Source: the human T2T-CHM13v2.0 reference genome, Homo sapiens
Strand: one strand, 5' to 3'
DNA: 64,000 nucleotides
Assembly (NCBI RefSeq): GCF_009914755.1
Contig: NC_060939.1
In this document: piece after piece, positions 1 through 17,969 of the stretch
Layout: each line of letters begins with the position of its first letter
How positions within the stretch are numbered: position 1 is the stretch's first letter
Notes under the pieces: generated by a model
What the model was told of the DNA's origin: nothing
The model's database searches: none
The model's input: only the letters and a program-made list of their open reading frames with translations
Translations under genes and position numbers: made by a program

Positions 1-54
1 TGCCATCTCCCCACCTGGTGGGCAAAGGGGCTAGTTAGAAGGGAAGGGGCAACA

Positions 55-200
55 CATCTATCAATTCATCCCATCAACCCATCCACAATTCATCCATCTA
101 TCGATGCATCTACCCATTCCTGAACCCATCCTTCCCACACATTTTAATTGAGCAACTACTAAGTACTAGGTTTCATACTTGATAGGCACTTAGGATGAGA
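55..200 (-). mobile_element. L2 3' end fragment with degenerate (CCAT)n tail
   Basis: catcc-type repeats followed by ttaattgagcaactacta...ggcact. Confidence 0.5.
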
Positions 201-1776
201 CTGGTTGGAAGGAGTCTCAAGCAAATACCCAGCCAGGCAAAGAATAGTCTCCCGACATGGTTCAGGTGAAAATAATTCCAAAAGGCAGCAGTCGAGACCA
301 GGGAGTCAGTTCCCCTGCACCAGCAGAAATACACACAGAATGGGAGTCAAAATAACCAAATAACCCACTCAACAAGCTGGAGAAAACAGCCCACGTTGGC
401 ATGGGAATACCTCATCCTAGGCCGGTCTTCCAGGAGGAGTGACCTTGCTCTAAGTCCCTATGTAGTTGTGGGAGGAGAATCTGAGGACTTCCCACCTCAT
501 GTCTAGAATGCAGGAGTCAAGCTGAGCCTTGGGTAGGAGTACCAGGAGACCAGGAATGGGGAGCTTGGAAAGGCTAAGTTTCGGGCATGAAACAGGGGTT
601 CATGGGCAAGATTTTCCAGCTCTGCTAAGCTGGAAAAGTATTTCTCTTGATTGCTGTTTTGATATCAAGACTACCCCCCTACCTAGGTGCATCTACTTAC
701 TTTCTCTGAAAGTGCAAACCTCTACTTCAGAAAAGTTCTAAAAATTTGCATACATAAAAATTATTGTGGGGGTACTGTGACAATGCTCTTACTTGAGCCC
801 TGACCCTACAGATTTGGATTCAGTGAGTCTGGTTGGGGAAGGTGGCTCTGGATGAGGGGTAGCTCAGGAATCTATATTTTAAATAAGTCAACCAGGAGAA
901 TGAGAAGCCACCAGGGTATCCATGGAGACATTTTTAGAAGCACTGCCAAATCCCATTGGCACACAGCTGTAGCCAGGGCCAGGTGCAGAAGGGGGTCCCT
1001 GCCATACCGGCCTCGTTTTCTCAAATTCTTAGCCCTGGTTCCTTTGACCCCACCCCTTGCCCACTCCCATCACCCTCTTTGCCATCATTTGCCCAAGTTG
1101 CTCTCCTGGGACTTGACCACCATTTAGGTTTAGGTCCATTCTCAGCCTGCTTTCCACAGCTCCATTCTAGTGGATGACCAGGCCTCATGAAGTTGGCTGC
1201 CACAAATAAAACCTTGAAAACAAGAAACTTCTAAAAGCTGGTGATCTGGGAAAGATAGGGCTTTTGTACCCAACTTTAAATTGGTGGTAGGAGATAGAAG
1301 CTGTATATTGTGATATTTCTTTGGCTTTTTCTTTTGGGGAACATAGTTAAATTACAGTATCAAGAGAGGCACAATTATAAAGAACTTGTGAATTTTGCTT
1401 TTTATAAATCTAGGAATACATCAGGATCCCTAGATTAAGGTGCCATTTCAAATGAGAAGTCCACATATTGATGACGATTCTGTATTTTACACGAAAAATT
1501 CCTTTCCTGGAACTTGTCCTGCTCAAAGGCAGAGGTAGTCCAATGAAAATTTTAAGTTTGTGAAACTCTTGCACCTCACTTCCCTTTTGCTTGGACTTTC
1601 CCCACAGTCTCTAGGACTCTCTGATTCTCCTACAAAGAAAAAAGAAGGCAACCAAGAAATTAATAACATAGTAAAAATCAGTTCCACCTACAACCACTAC
1701 CAGGAGTGTGTGTCTTTTAAAAGAAGTTGCATAGCAGGAGATGCTCTAAAAAGCAACATGCCAAGAGAATATTTGA

Positions 1777-2250
<474 letters not shown>

Positions 2251-2510
2251 TATGGCTTGCTTTAAAGTAGCAAGTTGAGTGTCAGTGGTAGGTGGCACCT
2301 TTGATTGGTAGAGAGTGGGCATTTTACCCAACCTGAGTCAATCATTTAACAACACCCTTCAAGTGACTGGTCAATCAATGGAGATTTGACCTATGTTGGA
2401 CCTACCAGAACTCTTTTTTGGGACACAGAATCTGCCAGTGGCCATGTTTCCAGGAAAGCCAACAAGTGGGAGACATGAAGATAGAAGGTGAGAGAGTCTT
2501 GTGTGATGTG

Positions 2511-2838
2511 TTTTTTGTTTTTTTTTTTTTTTTTTTTTTGTTATTGTTGTTTTGAGACAGAGTTTTGCTCTTGTTCCCCAGGCTGGAGTGTAGTGGTGTG
2601 ATCTTGGCTCACTGCAACCTCTGCCTCCTGGGTTCAAGCTATTCTCCCACCTCAGCTTCCTGAGTAGCTGGGATTACAGGCATGCGCCACCACACCCGGC
2701 TAATTTTTTTGTATTTTTAGTGGAGATGGGGTTTCTCCATGGTGGTCAGGCTGGTCTTGAACTCCCCACCTCATGTGATACACCCGCCTGGGCCTCCCAA
2801 AGTGCTGAGATTACAGGCGTGAGCCACCACGCCCAGCC
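2511..2838 (-). mobile_element. Alu (AluS)
   Basis: Full dimer; TSD TCTTGTGTGAT at 2497 and 2839. Confidence 0.95.
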
Positions 2839-2881
2839 TCTTGTGTGATTCTTTAGGTCAAACAGGGCTGCTTCAGGGCTC

Positions 2882-3266
2882 TATTTGTTTACCTGGACTG
2901 CCATCACAAAGTACCACAGTGTGGGTGGCCTAAAACAACGGAAATTTATTTTCTCAGAGTCCTCCAAGCTGAAGTCTGCGCTGCAGGTGTTGGTAGGGCT
3001 GGTTTCGCCTGAAGCCTGTCTCCGTGGCTTGCAGAGGGCTGCCTTCTCCCTGAGTCTTCACAGGGTCTTCCCTCTGTGCATGTGAATGTCCAAGTTTCTT
3101 CTTCTCAGAAGGACATCAGTCATATTAGGACACATCCTAGTAACCTCATTTAAACTTAGTTAACTCGTTAAGGACATTATCCCAAATACAGTCATTTTCT
3201 GAGATACTGGAGGTTAGGACTTCAACATATGAATTTGGGGGGAAGGTGGGAAGAGTTCAGCCCAGG
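2882..3266 (-). mobile_element. MaLR LTR (MLT1B/C-like)
   Basis: acaaagtaccacag...aacaacggaaatttattttctca...gttaggacttcaacatatgaatttggg hallmarks. Confidence 0.8.
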
Positions 3267-3291
3267 ACAAAGGCCCAGCGGTAAAGCATAG

Positions 3292-3797
<506 letters not shown>

Positions 3798-4693
3798 CAG
3801 TTTGTCTTTAAAAAAAAAAAAAAAAAAAAAAACATACAATTTAAAAAAGTAATTGTAAAATTATAATTAATTATTTTTAAAATTGGGTCTGGATTTTGAG
3901 TGATAGTTGAGTTCTCTCTTGTGACAGAGGAAAAAATATAAATATAAATAAGGTGTCAGAGTATGTAGGGAGATTGGCATAGCTTGACCTGAGAATACCA
4001 GGTGGCCAGCAGAGACTTGGCTGAAGCAAGTAAACTTCTGTGGGCCTTGTTTCCTTCTCCACGTGATGGATGCTGCCCCCATTCCCTGTCCCCAAGCCCA
4101 CACTATGAGTAACTTTTTTAAAAAGCCCTAAACTTTCAGTACCCGTAAGTGCTGTTTTATACCCAGGAACCTATAGGAAAGCTGGCGGGGGTGGGTGGGT
4201 GGAGGATGGACCATGAATAACAACATAGTTAGCAACATGCCAAACTTTTCCAGTTTTCCATCCAAGTGAGAGTGGCCCCGAATGCAGATCCTGTAATGCG
4301 GGATGGGTTGGGGTGAGGGTAGGAACTGAGCCTGGAAAAATCATTCGTTGCCCTCCTGCTTGCTGTCTGTGATTGTCAGATACGAGCAGAGCCTGCCAAT
4401 ATGCACTGTTCTCTGAAGTAGGCTCAGCTCGGGGAGAAATATTGATTATGACCACAGTCGTCCCTGTTTCAAAAGTTATTTTATTATGTTTGAAAGAAGT
4501 GATACGGTTGATGAAAGAAGATAAAAATATCTCTATGTGATATGACTTTGTGTTCGTGAAACCGTGTCCTTAAAAATAAATAACCAACTGGAGTTGTGGT
4601 GACTGCTGTTGCCTCTCAAATAGTCCCTTGGGAGGGGTCTAGATGTTTATCCCAAGAGGCCGCCTCACTTCTCAAACTGCTCCTTAAGAGTAA

Positions 4694-5136
4694 TGTGTTC
4701 ACTCTGATGTTAGTTTCTTTTGCTGTGCAGAAGCTCTTTAGTTTAATTAGATCCCATTTGCCAATTTTAGCTCTTGTTGCAATTGCTTTTGGTGTTTTTG
4801 TCATGAAGTCTTTGCCCATGCCTATGTCCTGAATGGTGTTGCCTGATTTTCTTCTAGGGTTTTTATGGTTTTGGGTTTTACATTTAACTCTTTAATCCAT
4901 CTCGAGTTAATTTTTGTAAAAGGTGTAAGGAAGGGGTCTGGTTTCAGTTGTTGGCATATGGCTAGCCAGGTTTCCCAGAACCATTTATTAAATAGGGAAT
5001 CTTTCCCCATTGCTTGATTTTGTCAGGGATGTTGAAGATGAGATGGTTGTAAATGTGTGGAGTTATTTCTGAGGTTTCTGTTGTCTTCCTTTGGTTTATA
5101 TGTCTGTTTTGGTACCAGTACCATGCTGTTTTGGTT
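4694..5136 (-). mobile_element. L1PA ORF2 3' fragment
   Basis: Translates to [37 protein letters not shown]. Confidence 0.92.
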
Positions 5137-5652
5137 AATATGTCACCAAGTATTATCAACCTTGTTACCACCTCTCCACGCCCACTGCAGGCCCCTTTCT
5201 CTTCTCATTCTACACCCTCACCCAACCCTGCTCCAAGACACACACTCTTCTATACAATCTGTGAGTTTGTGTGAGTTTCTTGGTACCACAGAAGAGTTTT
5301 TAAAGTCATTTTCCAGTATCTTGGCTCCTGTACTTGCACATACAAATGATGCTCAGAGACCACTAAGGTACTTAGTCAGGGATGGTGATGGTGCCCTCAT
5401 AAGGAGGAAGGGTGAGAGGGGTTTGCCTGAACAAAGAAAAATGTCTACGAATCTCAGACAACCAAAAATAGTCATCTTTTACTTTTAAATAAGAGACTAT
5501 CCTACTTCTCACATTATTCTTTCTGAAAGGTATAAAAGCCCAAGGTGAGTGAAAAGCCCCTATTCTGTACAAATTCATTTTTGGATCTTTTTAAAAGAAA
5601 TTGGGAGCCTATCACCTGATGACCTTGTACTGTTTCTTATGTGCATGTCTTT

Positions 5653-5855
5653 CAGGCAGCTTATAGATCGGGAGAAAATTTTTGCAACCTACCCATCTGA
5701 CAAAGGTCTAAGATCCAGAATCTACAAGGAATTTAAACAAATTTACAAGAAAAAAACAAACAACTCCATCAAAAAGTGGCAAAAGTTGGAACAGACAATC
5801 CTCAAAAGAGGACATTTATGCAGCCAACAAACATATGGAAAAAAAGCTCATTATC
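5653..5855 (+). mobile_element. L1PA ORF2 3' fragment, continuing the previous fragment in opposite orientation
   Basis: Translates to RQ...[29 protein letters not shown]. Confidence 0.9.
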
Positions 5856-6165
<310 letters not shown>

Positions 6166-6280
6166 ATGGTGATGTTTTGATATACATATATTATTGTCAA
6201 ATGATTAACACAGTCAAGCTAATTAACATATCAAGTACCTCACATAGTTACCTTTTTGAGCATGTGGTGAGAACACTTGA

Positions 6281-6718
<438 letters not shown>

Positions 6719-6828
6719 TAGCAACCACCATCCTACTCTGTTTTTTTTTATTTGACTTAAAAAAAAATTCCACATATAAGTGAGATCAGGCAGTATTTGT
6801 CCCTCTCTGTCTGGCTTATTCCACTTAG

Positions 6829-7176
<348 letters not shown>

Positions 7177-7178
7177 GA

Positions 7179-7803
<625 letters not shown>

Positions 7804-8169
7804 TTTCTTTATCTGTTCATCCACTGAGAGACACACAGCTGGATTCCACATCTTGGGTATTGTGCATAATGCTCAATGGACATGGAAGTGCAGGTATCTT
7901 TTGAGATCGTGGTTGTCTTTCCTTTGGATTTATACCTAAAAGTGGGATTGCTGGGTCACATGGTAGTTCTATTTTTAATTTTTGGAGGACCCTCAGTACT
8001 GTTTTCCATAATGGCTGTACTAATTTACATTCCCACCAACAGTGTGTGAGGATTCCATTGTCTCCACATCCTCACCAACCACTTGCTATCTTTATTTTTC
8101 GAGTTTTTGATAGTAGCCATCCCACCAGGCGTGAGGTTATCTCATTGTGGTTTTGGTTTGCATTTGTTT

Positions 8170-8943
8170 CAGTTGTCAGTTTATTTCCTCTCAGCTCTCA
8201 CCCACCCTTCTTTTTTCTGCCTTATGATCCTGGAACCGGACCCTGTTAACGTGGCTCCCTTACCAGCTGGCATAATGTGGAGTTTTGCCAGAGAAGGAAG
8301 CTGGAGGGACACTGGAGGACAAAGGAGCTTCTCTTCCTGTTTCTGGTGCATTTTCTTATTTTCTTATTTCTGGAGCTTTTGGCCATACCCCATGGTGCTT
8401 ACCCCAGCAAGTTTCAGGGACATCGCAGTGGGTAGCTTCCAGTGGATTCTGACTGGGTAGACAAGGGGTAGACTTGTGATGGTTAATACTGAGTCATCTT
8501 GATTGGATTGAAGGAGGCAAGGTATTGTTCCTGAGTGTGTCTGTGAGGGTGGTACTAGGGTACCCTGGTACCCTGATAGGCAACCTCCCAGTACCCACTG
8601 TGGGTGGCTTCCCAGCAAGTCTGGCCCACAGTTTAGCAGGTGGTTTTACTGTTTGCCTGACTGGGCCTGTGACACCTCAGCAAACTTCAACACCAATCGG
8701 TGGGCCACACCCACAGCACTCTCTATCGAGGTCTGAATCTCAGCTCTGGAGGGGTTCTTCCAAATTTGTTTTTTTCCATGAGTACTCTCAGCTCTGGAGG
8801 TCATGGCTGTGCCCTTTAACCATGATCCCTGTGTTCTTTCATGTTCTCTTTAGCCCTTAGTAGTTAATCATTCTTTATATTAAATTTTACCTGTCCAAAT
8901 CCCTTTGTGAATTGTGCCTTCTGTCTGAACCTAGATTAATCCA
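8170..8943 (+). mobile_element. Ancient ERVL LTR (LTR33/LTR41-like) containing an MLT2 5' fragment (8475-8551)
   Basis: tttatttcctctcagctc...ggaccctgttaac...ggagggacactg start; tatattaaatttt...gattaatcca end. Confidence 0.6.
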
Positions 8944-9829
8944 GATATGTATGAGCTCTTAAATTTGAATTGTTGACATTTCCTTTTCCAACTATTCACT
9001 TTTATACCTGACTTTGTATTTGTCCTGTAGTATTCTTTTTCTTAAAGGGATGTAAGAGATATAACTTTCTCAAGTTATATAAGCTTCAGGTCCATGAAAC
9101 CTGGATCTGCCACTGTGAGGCTGGAAGGGACTCCGGGAACATCAGACTGTGTGGAGTGGCTGCCTCAAAGTTTCCATAGAGCCTGACCAGCTTTAGTCTC
9201 TGGAGTCAGAGCTGGTGGCAGAGACTACAGAACATGGCTCACACAGGGGTCTGATAGATCGTGGGTCACATCACCCCAAACAAACATCACAGTGTACTTG
9301 CATCCCACCTCACACCACGAGGCACTGGAAGAAGACACCACGTGGGAAAACAGGCTCACAGTGGGGAGGGGACACACATGCCCAGGATCCTGGGGAAGGT
9401 TGGGGAAGGTGAGTGGTAGGGTCTGGGCAAGGATTTGTGTCTCCTGATTCTCAGAGCTCAGTCATTTCCGTGAGGGAGCAGAAAGAGAGGGAGAGAGGGA
9501 AGTCTCTGAGCTGGGCATAGACTACATAGGCTACATCTTCCATTTCAGGTAAGGACAGGCCAGGCAACTCAGGCCAAACCTCTCCCATAGACAACTAGAA
9601 AAACTGGACTAAAGTTTTCTTGAGGCATCGGAGACCCCCCAAAAAGCAGTGAAAAATGACAGAGCCGAAATCTTGGAGGCAAAGGAACACCTGAAATATG
9701 AGCTTAGCATCTGGGGTGACTTTTCCCTTTGGAGGATCTGCCTGTTCCAGAAAAGGCAACTGAGAAGGAGAAAAGCTGAGCTAAGCTCTTGGCAGCCTCA
9801 GGGGTGAGGAATCATGGCTGACACCCCCT

Positions 9830-10290
9830 TTTCTTCATTCAATCCATCACCAAATTCTGTCACTTCTACCTGAGACTGTCTCTGGAATCCGTCCACTTCT
9901 CTCTACCTCCCAGACTGCCCTGGCTCAACTCACCCACCCTAATGTCTGAAACGTTGCCTTCACACCAGCACCCCTCCAATCTGTTCTCCATCCCAGAGTT
10001 CCTCCACAGAAGCTGCCAATAGGATCAGGCCACTCCTCTGCTTACTGCTTTACAATTTTTCAATGATTTCCCTTTATATTTTGCGTTCAGACCCAGGTCT
10101 TTAAGAGGACCCACACTGTCTGGCTCCGTCTACTGCTCCAGCCTCATATCATACCATGCTTCCTCTGACTTTGCGGTCCAGGACACTGATTTTCCTTCAG
10201 CTCTGTGGCCTTTTCTGCCACGGGGCCTTTGCACATGCTCTACTTCTGCCTGCAATGCTTTCCAATCTCCATCTTTCAGATCATTTCTTA
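9830..10290 (+). mobile_element. L2 fragment
   Basis: caatccatcaccaaattctgtc...gggcctttgcacatgct. Confidence 0.7.
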
Positions 10291-12179
10291 GCTCTACTGG
10301 GACGCAGGGGCGAGCATACTTGATGGGAAAAGTATTTCTCACTCATCTAATCTGCTTTCCATGGATGTGTGAACCATGGAGACAAAACTGAGACACCATC
10401 ATCCACCTGGTGCAGGGCATCTTAAAGGAGGATTACTCAGAATTGAAGCAAATCCTATCAGGTTCCACAACGAGAAAGTAAGTATTTGAAGTGGGCCCCC
10501 TTTCTTGGGAGAGGTCTGGTATTCCCTCTGAAAGCCTATGGTGGTTGTTCACAGAGTGGTTTTTCTCTGCCCAGATAATCGGGTTGATCTGAATTGTCCT
10601 CATCCCAGCTGAATTAATAAGGCCTCTATCAGGTTGTAGGGTTGCAGGTAGAGCAAAACGTTGCAGGAAGCCTGATAGGTACATCTGCCATGGAATGTTA
10701 AGGAAGAAAATTAGGTGAATTAAACACTCCTGGTTCTTTGTTTGGCTCATGGGATTTGGTTCATTGTTAAGGACTTGGGACATGTACGAAATTGGGAGGA
10801 GACTTCACAATGGGCAAAGTTTTATCTAACAAAATCATCTAATAAAATCCTTGTGAATGTTTCCCTCTTTGAGGACTTGAGTTTGTGCTGGGACATTGCT
10901 GCCTTCTTCAGGAAGAGGCAGCACACTATGGACAACAAAATTTTCTGAGACTGTGCAGGTCAAAGTTTCCTGTAAGGCACACTGGGAAATGAACAGGCCA
11001 CAGCGACTGTTATGAGAGGTAGAGCAGGGAGGCAGGAAAACTCATGGGGGAAAATGGATGATCCATCCAAACCTGTAACGTGACCATGTGTGTGCGCCTT
11101 AGGGACCGTGCTAATTGGGCTTAATGAGTTTGGTATTTTTGGCGTGTTCGTGTGTGCACATGTAAGCAAGGATGCTCACATCCTTAATAGAAAAGCAATT
11201 GACTGTGCCGTTGCCCAAATGCAGTCCTATATGACTAAACTCTTAGCGGGATGACAGAAATCACTTGGAATGGGACAAGCAGGTCTTGACAAATTACTGA
11301 GACAAGAAATAAATGGACATAGCGTAGGGAAAGAACAGCGCCAACTCAGAAAATTAATGTTTCTAGGTGTCAGATTTTTCTATTCCATTCTAAAATTTTA
11401 GTGTCCTTACCATTTTCTCTGAGTCTACTGAGAACAGTTACACATCTGAATGGGAGCATTAAACTAGTGTCTGGCCTTCATTCACTCTTCATATGGGACA
11501 TCACAGTCTTGGGCCCTCAGAAGCACGAGGGCCAGTACCCTCTCCCATAGTCATCTGCTCACAGCACTGCGAGCTCTCAGTCTAGAGACACAGTCCACAC
11601 AACCTCCCACATAGGTGGCTGGTCCAGCCTTGCAGATTTTAGTCAGAGAGCTTCTTCCAACAGTATTTTGAAGGTCATCTGGATGTTTGTCTCCTCACTT
11701 AGGTGCTTAATCCCACTTTTTTTTTTTTTTTTTTACTTTATTGATTCCTTTTCCATGGATCAAATCCTGTCTCCAAGCAGTACCTACTAAACAGCTGGCA
11801 CTGCCAGACTCACCCAAATGAGGCTACAGTAGATGCAACTATATTAGCATAACAAGTGACCAAGATTGGACCAGGTTAAAGGATCACAGTCCCCTCCTCC
11901 TACCGGAATTATAATCCCCTCAACCTGATCCTGAACTTTCTACTCAGCTCTCTCCCTCTAAACGACTTCCCATTTCCTGAACATGCCTCTTTCCAACTTT
12001 CTAATATAATTTCCACCACCTGAGGCCCCTCACTCAATTTATATGTATGAAAAGTTGCCTACTGTTCATACACATTTACACATATGTGTGCATATGTACA
12101 TGTGTGCACACACAGGAAAGTGTACAAAGTAGGGCAGACTCACTGTAGTTATGGCTTTTTATTTGTGGCAGTCATGGCG

Positions 12180-12790
12180 AAAACCATGTTTCTGGTTTGG
12201 GCAGCCAGACAGTGACATTTACTGAAGTAGAATCACGTTTGGGAGAGAAGATGATGAGGTCATTAACAGACATGTTGGGTTTGAGATGCTTATGAAACAT
12301 CCAATTAGTGATATACAGCTCTCTCGCACATGTAAATTATAGCTCAGGAGATCGCTCAGAGCTATGACAACAACAACAATATTAATCATGCCTAACGCTC
12401 ATGTAGTACTTATTAAGAGCTAGGTATGAATTTGAATATTTTGTTAATTCTCTTAATTCTTACTATGTCCCCATGAGATAGTACCTCCAATTTACAGACA
12501 AAGAAACAGAGAACAAGAGATTTAAGTAAGTTTCCTATTATCACAACCAGACATATAGATTTTGGAGTGAACAGTATATATATAATAATTAAGGTCCAAG
12601 AAATAGACGAGATGTTTCCAAATAATAAGAATATAGAGTGAAAAGAGCCAAGGAAGCATGCTGAGAAATCCCAATATTTTAGGAATGGATAGAGAAAGAG
12701 GAGCTTGTGAATGAGACTAAGAAGGAGCAAGCAGAGAAGGAAGAAAAACATGGAACTCGAGGGAAATGAGCATTTCAAGAAGCAATAAAG
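12180..12790 (-). mobile_element. L2 fragment with a nested MIR (~12370-12555)
   Basis: gacatgttgggtttgagatgc...; tttacagacaaagaaacagag. Confidence 0.6.
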
Positions 12791-12832
12791 AAGCTTAGCA
12801 GGTAAAAAGCAGAGAACAAGATGATAAAATTA

Positions 12833-13555
<723 letters not shown>

Positions 13556-13645
13556 GCAAGATGGTAACTTCTGGTTCAAAATTAATGTTTGGTCAGCAAT
13601 TCCCAGTGCAGTCTCTACTGGCTTCTCATTAAAATATTTTGAAAA

Positions 13646-13950
13646 GGCCGGGTGCAGTGGCTCACATCTGCACTCCCAGCACTTTGGGAGACCAAAGTGG
13701 GTGGATTACCTTAGGTCAGGAGTTCGAGACCACCCTGGCCAACATGGTGAAACCCTGTCTCTACTAAAAATACAAAAAAATTAGTCAAGTGTGTTGGCAC
13801 ACTCCTGTAATCCCCGCTACTTGGGAGGCTGAGGCAGGAGAATCGCTTGAACCTGGGAGTCAGAGGTTGCAGTGAGCTGAGATTGCGCCATTGCACTCTG
13901 CCTGGGTGACAGAGTGGGACTCAATCTAAAAAAAAAAAAAAAAAAAAAAA
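13646..13950 (+). mobile_element. Alu
   Basis: Full dimer with long A-tail. Confidence 0.95.
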
Positions 13951-14189
13951 GCAGAAGGAAAACTTACCACAATATTGAAAAAAAATAGTGCAGAAAACTC
14001 AGTAGATGATTCTAAGAAAAAAATCACTCTAGCTAGAAGGCAGACAGAACCGCATTAAGAAAAAGCCTGTGAGAATTGTGTAACAGGAGTTGCAGAAAGG
14101 GAGAGGGAATAAAAAATATTTGAAGCAATAATGTCCCAAGTTTTCCAAATTTATTTAAAAATGTAAACATACACATCCAAGAGGTTTTG

Positions 14190-14600
14190 TGTTATGTACT
14201 GAATGTGTTCTGTGTGAATGTGAATGTGAATGTACTGAAGCCCTAACCCCTAATGTGATGGCATTTGGAGGTGGAGGCCTTTGGGAGATAATTAGGTTTA
14301 GGTGAGTTCATGAGGGTGGGCCCCCCATGATGGGGTTAGTGTCCTTATAAGAAGAGAGAGACCAGAGTGGGCTTGCTTTCTCTCATGTGCAGCCTCTCTT
14401 TCATTCTCTCTCTCTGTCTCTCTATCTTCAAGGTGAAAACACAGCAATAAGTTAGCTATCCGCAAATGAGGGAGAGGGCCCTCACCAGGAACCAAATCTA
14501 CCAGCAGCTTGGGTCTTGAACTTCCCAGCCTCTAGAACAGGGAGAAATGCATGTCTTTTGTTTAAGCCACCAATCTATGGTATATTGTTGACCTAATACA
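14190..14600 (+). mobile_element. MaLR LTR (MLT1A-like)
   Basis: tgttatgtactgaatg...gaagccctaacccctaatgtgatgg...ctaataca. Confidence 0.85.
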
Positions 14601-15061
14601 CTCAGCAAACCCCAAAAAGGACAAAGAAAACTACAGTAAGGAACATCAGAGTAAAATTGCTGAAAATGAGGGATTAAAAAAATTCAAAAGACCCCCAGAA
14701 ATTAAAGGACCACTACAAACAAGGGAACAAAGCTGGGAGAAGGAAAATTGTAGACTATTGGTTATAAAATACGCAAGCCAGAAGAAAATGGAATGGCTTG
14801 TTTCAAGTGCTGAAATAAATCTGTCAACCTAGAATTTTATATCCACTGAAGATATCTTTCAAAAATAAGTGTGTAATAAAATTTTTTCCCACACAAAAAA
14901 GCTGAGATAATTCATTGCCAGTAGACCTGCACCACAAAAGATATAACAGCAATTTTTTTAGACAGAAGGAAAATGACACCAGATGGAAATCGAGACTTGG
15001 ACAAAAGAAAAAGAAAAAAAGAGCACTGGAAATGGTAAACATGGGTAAATATAAGATACAC

Positions 15062-15413
<352 letters not shown>

Positions 15414-16958
15414 TTAAAACAAATAAAATAAAGTATATTATGGAGTTTATGATATATGTAGACATAAAAAGTAAGAAAAGAAGAACACGAAGGATGGGAG
15501 GGAAAAATATAAGTTCACTGTTGTAAGTTTCATACATAATATATGAAGTGGTAGAATATTATTTGTAGGTAGACTGTGATGTTGTTAAAGATGAATATTA
15601 TAAACCTAAAGCAGCTACTAAAACAAAACACAACAAAAAGCTATAGTTGATAAGCCAATTGTTGAAATGAAATGGAATCCTAAAAAGTAATAATTAACAC
15701 AAATGAAGATGGAAAAAGAGGAAAAAGGGAATGAAGAACAAATGGGAAAAATAGAAAACAAATAGAAAGATGGTAGATTTAAACCCAACCTTATTAATGA
15801 TTAAATTAAATGTAAATGGTCTAAGCGCTCCAACTAAAAGATATTGTCAGATTGAATTTTAAAAAGGAAGAACCAATTATATGTTATCTATAAGAAACTC
15901 ACTTTAAAACAAGGATATATATATGGGTTAAAATTAAGGATGAACAAAATACTGTGTAAACACTAGTTAAGCACCCAAGAAGCCCACTTAGTCACTACAC
16001 CAGCAAATGTGGAAGGCCAGCTCAATTTTGTTTATAGATTTGCCATCCTTCTAAAAGTTGACTCAACTTTCAAAAAAGAATTGCACCCTACAATGAAGTT
16101 GTACCCACTAGTTTCTATGGGCTACTTCCTCTTGCATGTGTTCTGGGAGGCCTGTGTGGGAAGCATCTTCCATGTTGCAAAATAAGGTGTGATCCCAGTC
16201 CTCAATTGACACGTCTATTCTCAAACCAGGTGCACTTTCAGTAGCTCTAGCACAGATACCACTGCTATCTCTAAATAGTCTTTTCTCCCTCCATGCAACA
16301 TGTCTTGGGGCTATTTTCATCCCCGAGAACCAATCTGTTTAGCTTCCAAAGCAGGTACCTCTTGGCTCAGTTCAGTGGAATTCAAACAAATATAGCTAGA
16401 CCCTGCATCACAGCTCTCTAATTCTAGGCAGCTATGCACTTTAAGTTAGAGGAAAGGAAGGAGTAGCCGGCAGACCAAATCAGTCTTACTGGTCCGCTGC
16501 TAGGCTGGTCACATGTTGTGGTCTCTTCCAATCCCACCCCCCCCTTATACCATGAAGAACCCCACACATCTGCTGGTGATTAGGAGCAGTAAAGTTGTGG
16601 TCTAATTCTTTCTCAACCAAAAGCACACACGCATGTGCACACACACTTAATTAAAAAAAAAGCCTAACAAATTCCTTTTTAAAAAGTAATTTAATTCTGA
16701 CCAAAGCAATATATGTGCATAATTTTAAAAGACAAATGATACTGAGTGACTTATAGGAAAGTAGGCAGTCCTCTACTGTAGTCTCCTGGAACCTCAGTTT
16801 CTGCTTCCCATCTTCACCACTCAGAAGAAATCCTTAAAACTCTTCTAAGTTTTTCTTCTGTCTCTCTTTTTAAAATCTTGATATTTCTACACAACATGTT
16901 TATACTACTGCTTATGATTTTTGAAATTTTAGAAATCATCTATCGACTTTATGACTGA

Positions 16959-17337
<379 letters not shown>

Positions 17338-17969
17338 TGAAGATTTTGTATTGTCATTGTGACTATGAAAATACTATTCATAGCTAGAGCATGTATTATG
17401 ATTTTACTTAACTTATACCATTTTAAATAATTGTCTTACTTTTTATTTCCTGAGTTTTATAGACATTAATTATCACTGATTCAGCCCCAAACATTCTGAA
17501 ATAACTCTTACACATTTCTGATGCTGTCACACACACTCAAGTAACATCCGAGTTTCCTGGTTTTCCCTTACAGACAGCCCTCCTGGAGTGAGTTCTGCTT
17601 TTAGGAACTCACTCGCACTGCTTAACCCATCCTGTCCTCTCCCTTTGCAAGTGCTTTTATCTCAATTCCTGAAACTTCCCAGGCTTCTGGGCTGGGAGTC
17701 AGTTTCTTTTTACCAGTTTCTCTTCCCCTGCAGGCAGTCAGATTTCTGCTTTCACAGCTAAGTCTGTACCATTCATACAACTGCTTTACATATTCACAAA
17801 TTTGATTGACATCTGTAGTCTGTCATTCTCCTTCTTATTCCTTTAGTGTCCTTCTATGAGGTTTTGGGAAGAGGTGGAGGTAAACATGTGTGTTCCATCT
17901 GCCTTGGTTAAGTGAAAACTTCCTTCAATCAATTCTTAACTTCATTGTTCAAGTGATAGAATCGGTCTA

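Noticed and set aside
5057-5488. 143-aa ORF spanning the L1/unique junction
   Set aside because: It has a non-ATG start, begins in antisense L1 and has no recognisable domain.
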